From a virus, in IMG/VR virus record IMGVR_UViG_3300012685_000001, positions 1-64,000 of that record: a stretch of 64,000 nucleotides of DNA. One strand, written 5' to 3'. Under the pieces are notes generated by a model. That model had not been told where the DNA came from. It worked only from the letters and a program-made list of their open reading frames with translations, and did no database searches. The translations under genes were made by a program, and so were the position numbers. Below are positions 47,669-55,016 of this stretch, one piece after another (position 1 is the first letter of the stretch; every line of letters starts with the position of its first letter).

Positions 47669-47746
47669 CGCCTCAGACAGGATTCGAACCTGCATACTCC
47701 GTTACCCTTTTAATGACCGGTTAGAAGCCGGGGGGGATACTAAGGC
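47669..47746 (-). tRNA. D-arm-less tRNA-Arg(TCT)-like RNA
   Basis: Normal acceptor and T arm; CCGG-CT-TCT-AA-CCGG nested in TCC/GGA and CCC/GGG stems; no 5' D loop. Confidence 0.65.
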
Positions 47747-47771
47747 AAGTCCGCCCGAAGGCGGGGTAATA

Positions 47772-47924
47772 CTAAAGCTTCTTAACAGGCACTGCAATAA
47801 CCGTGTGCATTCCGGTACGGACATCCTGAACCTCTACACCCTTAACGATCTTGGGAGCAGTCTCAACAGTTCCCGAGCCAACACCAGGAACATTCACCTT
47901 CGCGCCGACCGACTTCTTACCCAT
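47772..47924 (-). CDS. 50-aa SH3-like protein
   Basis: AAGGAG RBS; MGKKSVGAKVNVPGVGSGTV. Confidence 0.55.
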   Translation of the reverse strand: MGKKSVGAKVNVPGVGSGTVETAPKIVKGVEVQDVRTGMHTVIAVPVKKL

Positions 47925-47937
47925 TGCTTCTCCTTGG

Positions 47938-48405
47938 TTAGTCCCACCAGTAAGAACTATCATACTTGGAATCTGTGTGGGTGTCCACATCCCAGCAATC
48001 TTCTTCTGTGCAGCCACCATGGTCTCTGATGGCATTGTGCAGTACTTGTCTTATCTTAGAACGCTTGGCACCATTCGTCAAGCGCTTATAGTCCTTGTTA
48101 CTCTTCACATTGGGGTAATACTCAAGCCAGTAATGACAGTTCTTGTCACGTCTCCAACTATGGCCGCTGATCTCTGGAACATCAAGATCACAGTCTACCT
48201 GTTCAACGTGACATCTGAAAAGAGAACGCATGTACATCAACTCATCATGCCAGTGCCAGCCGTCTTTATCAAGAACGTAACGGTAAACTGGCTCTTCACC
48301 AATCTTTTCACGAATAGTAACAAGGTGATCATGACTAGCATAACGATCCATAGTGGGGTCATTCTTCATAACCCAATAAGGTCTGTCTTTACGAGTACGG
48401 GACAT
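47938..48405 (-). CDS. Hypothetical protein (MSRTRKDRPYWV N-terminus)
   Basis: GGAG RBS before ATG at 48405. Confidence 0.7.
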   Translation of the reverse strand: MSRTRKDRPYWVMKNDPTMDRYASHDHLVTIREKIGEEPVYRYVLDKDGWHWHDELMYMRSLFRCHVEQVDCDLDVPEISGHSWRRDKNCHYWLEYYPNVKSNKDYKRLTNGAKRSKIRQVLHNAIRDHGGCTEEDCWDVDTHTDSKYDSSYWWD

Positions 48406-48551
48406 TTCAACTCCCAAGGTAGTACTAAAGAAAAAATGTGCTTTGATCCGGAGCACTAACCGACCAGCTTGTATGTACGTGCTGGAACGCACTCTATGAC
48501 CTACGTGTTTAAATAGGGACAACCCTAGCATAGAACAGTCCTATGTCCCTG

Positions 48552-48623
48552 TAGTTCCAGGGAGACTCGAACTCCCACCAACGGCTTCGTAGGCCGGTAT
48601 GCTGTCCATTACACCATGGAACC
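48552..48623 (-). tRNA. tRNA-Arg(ACG)
   Basis: CGGC-CT-ACG-AA-GCCG. Confidence 0.88.
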
Positions 48624-48627
48624 AAAA

Positions 48628-48777
48628 TTACTGATGCTTCTTCTTATCGTGCTCTAATCGCATATACACTGCTACAGTTCTATAGAAATACCTATCAGAT
48701 ACAAATGTAGGATTACAAGCAATACAAGAAAATATGTATCTCTTATCCTCACCTTTACCTACTGAAGTTACTGCCAC
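48628..48777 (-). CDS. 49-aa CxxC...HxxxxH zinc-finger-like microprotein
   Basis: GTG overlapping upstream TAG; FSCIACN...EHDKKKH. Confidence 0.45.
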   Translation of the reverse strand: MAVTSVGKGEDKRYIFSCIACNPTFVSDRYFYRTVAVYMRLEHDKKKHQ

Positions 48778-49310
48778 TAGTTTCCCCGAACTTGCTTGGC
48801 AAGCTTACTATAGCCACGACGCTCATGCAAGTACTTTGTAAGCTTGCCTGGAGTCACAAGATACGGCGGAAGGTCTGTAAGAGATACACCTTCAGCATCA
48901 TAATCTGTTGCAACTAATTGAGAACAGATAAGATGATCAGAATCCTCAACGCGCTTAGAAATACCTGGATGTTTGATATGAAGACGATACAAAGCAATTG
49001 CTAAGTAATCAAGAAAACTATAAGGAATTCCCTTTTGATATATGGCTCTGGAAACAATATTATTACGTTGTATTGCTGTAAGGTGAATTAAATCAGTAGA
49101 CCACATGATAGCTCTACCATCGTACTCAGACAAATCAGATAATAAGGCACCACCAGGCATGGCTTCTACAATCTTCCCATTACCTACATAAATGAAGGCA
49201 TGCTCATAATTATAAAATCCATCTCCATTAAGAAATTGACCTAGGCGAATAAGAAAGCCTACGCCACCTTCAATGGATACTAAACCGAAATCCCCGGCAA
49301 TTGGTGCCAT
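48777..49310 (-). CDS. Permuted papain-like NlpC/P60 amidase (YiiX/YebB-like)
   Basis: HAFIYVG.G.IVEA, G.PY.F, ICSQLV (His before Cys); AGGAGG RBS. Confidence 0.8.
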   Translation of the reverse strand: MAPIAGDFGLVSIEGGVGFLIRLGQFLNGDGFYNYEHAFIYVGNGKIVEAMPGGALLSDLSEYDGRAIMWSTDLIHLTAIQRNNIVSRAIYQKGIPYSFLDYLAIALYRLHIKHPGISKRVEDSDHLICSQLVATDYDAEGVSLTDLPPYLVTPGKLTKYLHERRGYSKLAKQVRGN

Positions 49311-49330
49311 ATTTCCTCCTATTAGTAAAG

Positions 49331-49403
49331 TGATCCATGTCAGACTCGAACTGACGCGCTTCGGATTAAAAGTCCGCTGCTCTACCAACTGAGCTAATGG
49401 ATC
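49331..49403 (-). tRNA. tRNA-Lys(TTT)
   Basis: CGGA-CT-TTT-AA-TCCG. Confidence 0.9.
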
Positions 49404-49536
49404 ATGTGTCCATAAGAGACCCCCTTCGGGAACCGCATACAGGACTGGTATGGCCAGATCAGGTGCGCACGCTGTCTGGTAGGCAATTTACGGTACAAAG
49501 CCGTAGGGATTGTTCCTAGCTACACTATCTTAAAGT

Positions 49537-49986
49537 TTACTTACCAGTTCCAGCCTTGGCAGTAATGGTAGGAACACCAGCTTCACCAGAAGGAACATAG
49601 ATAACAGTGTTATTCTTACCAGACTTAGCAATACTTTCCATTGCCTGAATCATCTCGAACTGAACATAAAGAGGAGTCAGAGTCTTGGCAATCTCATCCT
49701 GAGCCTTACGAACACCTACAGACTGCTCATAGCGAATCTGAGCCTGCTGCTTTGTAACTTGAATACGCTGCTTCTGATTACGAATCTCAATATCCGTTAC
49801 CTTAACAGTATTATTCGCGTGAATCAATGCGATATTAGCGTTATTCTTAGCATCCGCAGTATTTTGACTACGACTGAATGCCTTGAAGCCTGCTGTAGCA
49901 CCCATGATAATACCTAGCAGAAGAAACAATCCAAGCGCGCCTGCCAGAACAATCCTGACACCATTCTTAAAATCTTCCTTGTCCAC
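49537..49986 (-). CDS. Membrane-anchored coiled-coil protein (band-7/SPFH C-terminal-like)
   Basis: N-terminal TM helix; IA.TLTP.Y.Q...I..VIYVP.G..G.P ending. Confidence 0.65.
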   Translation of the reverse strand: MDKEDFKNGVRIVLAGALGLFLLLGIIMGATAGFKAFSRSQNTADAKNNANIALIHANNTVKVTDIEIRNQKQRIQVTKQQAQIRYEQSVGVRKAQDEIAKTLTPLYVQFEMIQAMESIAKSGKNNTVIYVPSGEAGVPTITAKAGTGK

Positions 49987-50020
49987 TGTGCTCCCAATTA
50001 GTATTCCATTTAAACTAACG

Positions 50021-50103
50021 TGATTCGGGTGGGATTCGAACCCACGTAGGATTTCTCCGGCAGATTAAGAGTCTGCTCCAATTGGCCGCTCTGGCACCGA
50101 ATC
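50021..50103 (-). tRNA. tRNA with CTT (Lys) anticodon and long variable arm
   Basis: GCAGA-CT-CTT-AA-TCTGC; variable hairpin GGA-GAAA-TCC. Confidence 0.85.
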
Positions 50104-50150
50104 ATGTCCCGGTTCTTTCTTATAGGGGAACCGCGCTACTAAGACCCAAG

Positions 50151-50222
50151 TGGAGCTACGGGGACTCGAACCCCGAATTGAAGTATGCAAAACTTCCGTG
50201 TTACCGTTCACACTATAGCCCC
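50151..50222 (-). tRNA. tRNA-Ala(TGC)
   Basis: GAAGT-TT-TGC-AT-ACTTC; G3:U70. Confidence 0.9.
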
Positions 50223-50277
50223 ATTGTGAGGACTTAACCGGTCCTCAGCGGGTATAACTACTTTAGCAGACTAGATC

Positions 50278-51858
50278 TTACTTTGCAACCCAAGGCCACG
50301 TCTGTGATATTCCAGCTTCTATCAAAGGAATCATCTGGAAACCCTTGTCAGTCAGTCCACCAAAGGTGTGACGCTTCTTGGAACCAGATTCACTCTGGCC
50401 AACAGCATACCCTCCGAGGTTCCAGGTGTAGACAGGAACATTAGCAGGTACAGAAGCAACAGGATCTCCACCGTAACCATTGTACTGCTCATCAGTGATG
50501 ATCACAATACGGTCATGGTTCTTGAAGTTGCCGTTGACTGCTCCACGGGTATCAGTTCCACCCATGCTCTTGAACTTACTCAGCATAGGAAGAACAGACT
50601 GACCCTTACGGAAAGAAACTGTTTCGAAAGAAGGTCCACGCCATGCGTCACCAAACTGTACCAGATCTGCATTTTCAGCACGAAGTGCTAGTGCTGAACC
50701 AAAGATAGCAGCCGTGTCAGCTCTGTCAAGTCCCTGAGTTCCTCCGTTAGAAGTAAACATGGAACCAGAACGGTCAACCAGAACCAGTGTACGTCCCTTC
50801 AGAGAAGGCACATTGCTCAGAGAAGCCTCAAGGGCAGTCTCAAGCGCCGCAGCGATCTGAAGAGTATCCTTGTTGGCCTGGTAAGCAGCAAGGAATCGGA
50901 AAGGGAACTGCTTACTCTTGGCAACCTGCGCAGGATCAGCAAGTTTTGCAAGAACATTCTGCATCACTGGGACACTAATTCGGGCATCCTGGAAGTTCCG
51001 CAAGTTTCGAAGAAGTGCCATATATCCCATGGAAGGAATAACAGCTTCCCAGGCAACAGCATCCATAGGACCCTGAAGCCATCCGGAAAGAGCTTCCCAA
51101 GTCATTCCAGCATTCTTCATACGAGTAGCGTCCAGAAGGCCAGTAACTATTGCGCCCTTACGGTTTTCTACTGGAATACGCATTATATACTTTCGCGTAT
51201 TAATCATCTCTAGTACGCCTGGAACAATCTCTACATTTCCATAACGACTAGCAAGAGCGTACTTGAACAACTGCTCCTGAATCTCGTTATCAGGCTTAGG
51301 GTGAGTCAACTGAAGAACATCCGCGAAACGGTATCCCACAGAAGTATCGTACTTAAGAAGACTGTACTCGTTATACAACTTCTTGGCACCATCCGCAACA
51401 CCCTTCTTAAGGAAGGATGGGAAGTTCTTCCCGTACTTGGACTCGTAATAAGCCAGCACCTCACCAGGCTCATCAGCACGAGCCATAGAAGCGGCTACAA
51501 GGCCCCTAGGAGTCCCATTCAGCTGTCCTGAGTCCCAAAGGGCCTTGGCACCTTCTACACCCGCTACAATCGCCGCTGAACGCATGAAGGCAGAGTTACG
51601 AAGCCAATAGACGAAACCGGCAAACCAGAATGAATTAGTTACCGCTACTTCGGCACACAACTTGGAGAAACGGTCATCACGGCTCTTGGCGTTCTCATAG
51701 AACGTATCCTGACCGACAAAGTTGGAAACTGCTAGCAAGAACAACTCAGATTGCTTAGTGCGCACAAAACCTGCCTTGAAGTCAGCATTCAGTGCTGCCT
51801 GAGTAGTCTTGACAGGAGAAGTAGTTCCTGTCTTCTTTACCTGATTGAACTTGCCCAT
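50278..51858 (-). CDS. rsr: Ro60 / TROVE-domain RNA-binding protein with C-terminal vWA domain
   Basis: ELFLLAV..TFYE, RADEP, DVLQL.HPKP, TWEAL, MGYMALLRNLRN, SKQFPFRF, MIDAS DRSGSM, GGT, IITDEQ. Confidence 0.93.
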   Translation of the reverse strand: MGKFNQVKKTGTTSPVKTTQAALNADFKAGFVRTKQSELFLLAVSNFVGQDTFYENAKSRDDRFSKLCAEVAVTNSFWFAGFVYWLRNSAFMRSAAIVAGVEGAKALWDSGQLNGTPRGLVAASMARADEPGEVLAYYESKYGKNFPSFLKKGVADGAKKLYNEYSLLKYDTSVGYRFADVLQLTHPKPDNEIQEQLFKYALASRYGNVEIVPGVLEMINTRKYIMRIPVENRKGAIVTGLLDATRMKNAGMTWEALSGWLQGPMDAVAWEAVIPSMGYMALLRNLRNFQDARISVPVMQNVLAKLADPAQVAKSKQFPFRFLAAYQANKDTLQIAAALETALEASLSNVPSLKGRTLVLVDRSGSMFTSNGGTQGLDRADTAAIFGSALALRAENADLVQFGDAWRGPSFETVSFRKGQSVLPMLSKFKSMGGTDTRGAVNGNFKNHDRIVIITDEQYNGYGGDPVASVPANVPVYTWNLGGYAVGQSESGSKKRHTFGGLTDKGFQMIPLIEAGISQTWPWVAK

Positions 51859-51860
51859 TC

Positions 51861-52064
51861 CTATTCTCCTATTTTCTCGAAGCGCTGCATACGCTTGCCA
51901 TCACGTTCTACATACTCAACAAACTCATCCAAGGGACGCACTGAAATAATACCTTCTCCGTATTGCGCTGCATAAACTACCACATCTCTCCAGGAGCCAC
52001 TTTCCTTTGCAAGGAACAGGACTCTATAAAGATTTCCCTTAAAATGTCTGTACAGCCCATGCAT
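51861..52064 (-). CDS. DUF1653-like SH3-fold protein
   Basis: G.YRHFKG..Y.V, VVVY, VRP..EF, RF. Confidence 0.85.
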   Translation of the reverse strand: MHGLYRHFKGNLYRVLFLAKESGSWRDVVVYAAQYGEGIISVRPLDEFVEYVERDGKRMQRFEKIGE

Positions 52065-52149
52065 TGTACCTCCTATTTGTAGTACGTTATAAAGACAAAA
52101 ATAATCCCCTAAAGTGCACTTTCGTGGACCTAGGGGAGGATTAAAAATA

Positions 52150-52258
52150 AGTTCCTAGAAAAAACGGTGTGAGGTATATAGGCGCCGTGCCTTAAGGGGA
52201 CTCGAACCCCATGGGTTTCATATCAATTGAAGTAACCCCGTACCTTCGCATCGGAACT
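52150..52258 (-). ncRNA. Y RNA-like gene C (Ro-binding stem plus isolated T arm)
   Basis: Shared CGATGCGAAG..GTTACTTCA and TTTCTAG terminal stem; internal GGGG-TTCGAGT-CCCC. Confidence 0.75.
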
Positions 52259-52266
52259 AAAAAATA

Positions 52267-52341
52267 TACCCTAGAAAAAACGCCTACAGTGCTTTTTGAT
52301 TACCAATTAATTTGAAGTAACTGTTGGCTACGCATCGGGTA
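52267..52341 (-). ncRNA. Y RNA-like gene B (Ro-binding stem only)
   Basis: CGATGCGTAG..GTTACTTCA and TTTCTAG stem closed by short AU-rich loop. Confidence 0.72.
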
Positions 52342-52359
52342 AAGCTTATTAAATTTTAA

Positions 52360-52500
52360 GACAACTAGAAAGAATCGATAAAAGTGCTTTATATACCGCT
52401 GCTCTGCCTCTGAGCTATCAACCATAGAATTGGCTGAGAAGGATTCGAACCTTCGTCACGCGGTTCCCTGTGAAGTAACTCTTATCTTCGCATCGCTGTC
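52360..52500 (-). ncRNA. yrlA: YrlA-type Y RNA A (Ro-binding stem plus full permuted tRNA-like domain)
   Basis: Terminal stem; ACCGC..T arm GAAGG-TTCGAAT-CCTTC; closed acceptor TCAGCCA/TGGTTGA; D arm TAGCTCAGAGGCAGAGC; GCGGT; next to Ro60. Confidence 0.85.
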
Positions 52501-52568
52501 AAACTTAATAGATCTAGGCTCGGTTTCGACGTATCGCAAGATACCCTTGACAGCGTTCAAGATCTAAG

Positions 52569-52640
52569 CTCCCCGAGCTGGATTCGAACCAACAACCGGT
52601 CGATTAACAGTCGACTGCTCTGCCGTTGAGCTATCGGGGA
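52569..52640 (-). tRNA. tRNA-Asn(GTT)
   Basis: GTCGA-CT-GTT-AA-TCGAC. Confidence 0.92.
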
Positions 52641-52676
52641 ATAAACTCTATCCACAAGGAATAGAGTGGGTTAAAG

Positions 52677-52747
52677 CATGAGCTAGAGGATTTGAACCCC
52701 TGATGGCGGTTTTGGAGACCGACGTGTTACCACTACACTAAGCTCAT
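52677..52747 (-). tRNA. tRNA-Trp(CCA)
   Basis: CGGT-CT-CCA-AA-ACCG. Confidence 0.9.
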
Positions 52748-52763
52748 ATAGCCCGAAGGCTTT

Positions 52764-52970
52764 TTACTTAATGGAATTAACTACACCCGTTAATCCATCA
52801 TTTACAGCACTAGGCAACTTAGGGAAATTCGATACTAGCAGAATTCCCAACATAGCACCAGCTACAATCTGTGCCAGCTTCCAACCCTGCTTAAGAATCA
52901 TAACCCAAATGAAAAGGCCCATAAGTCCAACAGTTCCCAGAAAAGCTAGCAATGCATGTACGATATCCAT
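52764..52970 (-). CDS. Small two-helix membrane protein
   Basis: Hydrophobic 68-aa ORF. Confidence 0.65.
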   Translation of the reverse strand: MDIVHALLAFLGTVGLMGLFIWVMILKQGWKLAQIVAGAMLGILLVSNFPKLPSAVNDGLTGVVNSIK

Positions 52971-53045
52971 TTTTAACCCCTAGAAAGTTCTTGTCGTTCT
53001 CTCTTGTAGAGAAGCTTACTAAGAGTCTGTGGTACTTGTCAAGCG

Positions 53046-53119
53046 TACCCACGGGGAGACTCGAACTCCCAAGCTCCTGAGCCTAAATCAGACGGCTGTG
53101 CCAATTCGCCTACGCGGGC
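53046..53119 (-). tRNA. tRNA-Leu(TAG), short variable loop
   Basis: TCTGA-TT-TAG-GC-TCAGG. Confidence 0.87.
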
Positions 53120-53197
53120 ATAACGACAGTTTTTCTGAAGCCCAACTTAATGGATGCTGTGCTCTTACTCTTCAGAGGGCAAACTGTCAACCTCACG

Positions 53198-53270
53198 TAG
53201 TCCTAGTCGGATTCGAACCGACGCTGTCTCGATTTTAAGTCGAGTGTCTCTTCCGCTGGACTATAGGACC
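53198..53270 (-). tRNA. tRNA-Leu(TAA), short variable loop
   Basis: CTCGA-CT-TAA-AA-TCGAG. Confidence 0.88.
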
Positions 53271-53276
53271 AAGATG

Positions 53277-53350
53277 TACTCCTGGTCGGACTTGAACCGA
53301 CACTAACATAGTTTTTGAAACTATGGCCTCTGCCTTTGGGCTACAGGAGC
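53277..53350 (-). tRNA. tRNA-Leu(CAA), short variable loop
   Basis: ATAGT-TT-CAA-AA-ACTAT. Confidence 0.88.
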
Positions 53351-53494
53351 ATAAGTGACTGTCTGGATTCTCAATCCAGCGCCACTACACAGGTCTTTAG
53401 CGTTTAGTCGGATCATATCTTGGCTTTTATTGTACCCCGGAAGTACCTTCCAAGTCAAGACGACCGTGCCAGGAGTTACTGTGCAGAACCTAAG

Positions 53495-53566
53495 AGCCCC
53501 TTCCCGGATTCGAACCGAGCACTTGGCTTTACAAGAGCCGCGCTTTTCCTACTAAGCTAAAGGGGC
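53495..53566 (-). tRNA. tRNA-Thr(TGT)
   Basis: GGCT-CT-TGT-AA-AGCC. Confidence 0.88.
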
Positions 53567-53603
53567 AAGAGCCATTGTACTAGCCCAATGGCAGGCTGTC
53601 AAA

Positions 53604-53918
53604 TTATGCTGTTCCAGTAGCCTTTACCACAAAGTCAACAGTATCGTTGATTGTGGCCTGGTTTGGAAGAGCGAAAATAGAAGCGTTGTTCACATAAATT
53701 GTCCATAGGACAGAAGTATTGGTAACAGGATTACCCGCACTATCAGTTCCAGGTGGAACATCAGCGGCTACGATCTTCTTAACTGTAGAAGGAAAAGAAG
53801 CACCACCAGTTGTAGGAACTGGGAACACATAAGCATGTCCATCAGCACATACAATAGCACGAACCTGATCATTCACAGCAAGAGCATCAGCCTTGACAAT
53901 CGTATAAGTAAAAGCCAT
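53604..53918 (-). CDS. Hypothetical protein
   Basis: 104-aa ORF between tRNAs with AAGG RBS. Confidence 0.65.
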   Translation of the reverse strand: MAFTYTIVKADALAVNDQVRAIVCADGHAYVFPVPTTGGASFPSTVKKIVAADVPPGTDSAGNPVTNTSVLWTIYVNNASIFALPNQATINDTVDFVVKATGTA

Positions 53919-53994
53919 TTGTTAAACCTTTCTAGAAAGAATCACTAAGTGATCGCTATAGCTCTTTTAGTATATAGCATTTCTTTCTGAAACG

Positions 53995-54066
53995 TACTCC
54001 CAGAGGGAATTGAACCCTCTCCTAGGGCTTGAAAGACCCTGATACTAACCAATATACGATGGGAGC
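53995..54066 (-). tRNA. tRNA-Glu(TTC)
   Basis: AGGGT-CT-TTC-AA-GCCCT. Confidence 0.88.
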
Positions 54067-54263
54067 ATAACTATTGGTACTGGTAGGGCTTGCCAGTTTC
54101 GAACCTGAGCCTTTATTTCAGAATATCCAATAGTATCCGAGTCTAGTCCCACACATACTTCCTCGGTTTGCAGCATCTGACAGGCAGCCTATCTCTATTT
54201 TGGCTAGCAGTCTGTAGGAACCGATAGTCCCCCAGCGTCTTTGAGACCTGTCAGGTGTGATGC

Positions 54264-54337
54264 TGGTATCCCTACAGGGACTTGAACCCTGTCTAGAAGC
54301 TTGAGAAGCTTCCGTACTACCTATATACGATAGGGAC
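54264..54337 (-). tRNA. tRNA-Glu(CTC), CCA encoded
   Basis: GAAGC-TT-CTC-AA-GCTTC. Confidence 0.88.
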
Positions 54338-54519
54338 ATTAAATGGCTGGTGGTCTCATCCCTTGTGACTACTTAGTTCCGCCACAAACTAAGGTTACTC
54401 CCACCTGGCGGCACCTGCCCTGTCTCTCGCCGCTTCTCAACACGGACAACCATCGGATGGATGATAATTGCCAGCACTCCTCGTCTTCCTTGTGGGAAGA
54501 ACTGTCCATCACGTGCACG

Positions 54520-54591
54520 CGCCCCATACGGGAATTGAACCCGCCGATTCAAGCGTGACAAGCTTGTGACCACCCAGCAGTCTCATGGGGC
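54520..54591 (-). tRNA. tRNA-Asp(GTC)
   Basis: CAAGC-TT-GTC-AC-GCTTG; G73. Confidence 0.85.
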
Positions 54592-54624
54592 AACAAAGTG
54601 CCCTTTAAGGTAGGACACAAACCT

Positions 54625-54927
54625 TTACTTCTTTAAATCTGTCTCAGGCCACGATAATATCGCCCTTTGCTCAACAACCGTACCATGGTTAACTACAGCT
54701 CGGGAAATATCTGAATAATCTTCGCCATACCGCAGAATTATCAAGTAGTTGTTGGGATAAAGCTTAGCAACCTCTTCCAGATCTGTCAACCAGGCATACC
54801 ATTTGGAAGCTGACAGAGTTATATTTTCCTGCCACTCATCCCACTTGTAGCCAGAAGCACCATTGAGAACATCAGCTACAAAAGGTATATCTGTTCCATC
54901 TACTTCAAAATTTGAGTAATAACCCAT
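54625..54927 (-). CDS. Hypothetical protein
   Basis: AGGAG RBS; MGYYS.F..KWY..GED pattern. Confidence 0.7.
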   Translation of the reverse strand: MGYYSNFEVDGTDIPFVADVLNGASGYKWDEWQENITLSASKWYAWLTDLEEVAKLYPNNYLIILRYGEDYSDISRAVVNHGTVVEQRAILSWPETDLKK

Positions 54928-54944
54928 ATTTATCTCCTAACGCG

Positions 54945-55016
54945 CTGGAGTACTAGGATTCGAACCTAGACTGTCCTGATCCAAAGTCAGGTGGGCTGCC
55001 GTTACCCCATACTCCA
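54945..55016 (-). tRNA. tRNA-Gln(TTG)
   Basis: CCTGA-CT-TTG-GA-TCAGG; U1-A72. Confidence 0.9.

Noticed and set aside
47669-47746. Amber suppressor (CTA anticodon) and stop-codon recoding
   Set aside because: The stem CCGG/CCGG centres the 7-nt loop on TCT, and the CTA register breaks pairing. Core genes are uninterrupted in the standard code and several end in TAG.
52150-52500. Repeated motifs as a CRISPR array
   Set aside because: The repeats are bipartite, pair with each other across variable-length structured inserts and sit beside Ro60. No cas genes are present, and Y RNA architecture explains them.
54070-54134. Canonical hammerhead ribozyme
   Set aside because: It has GAAAC-stem-GTA and a closing stem but no CUGANGA at the required junction; kept only as an unknown motif.
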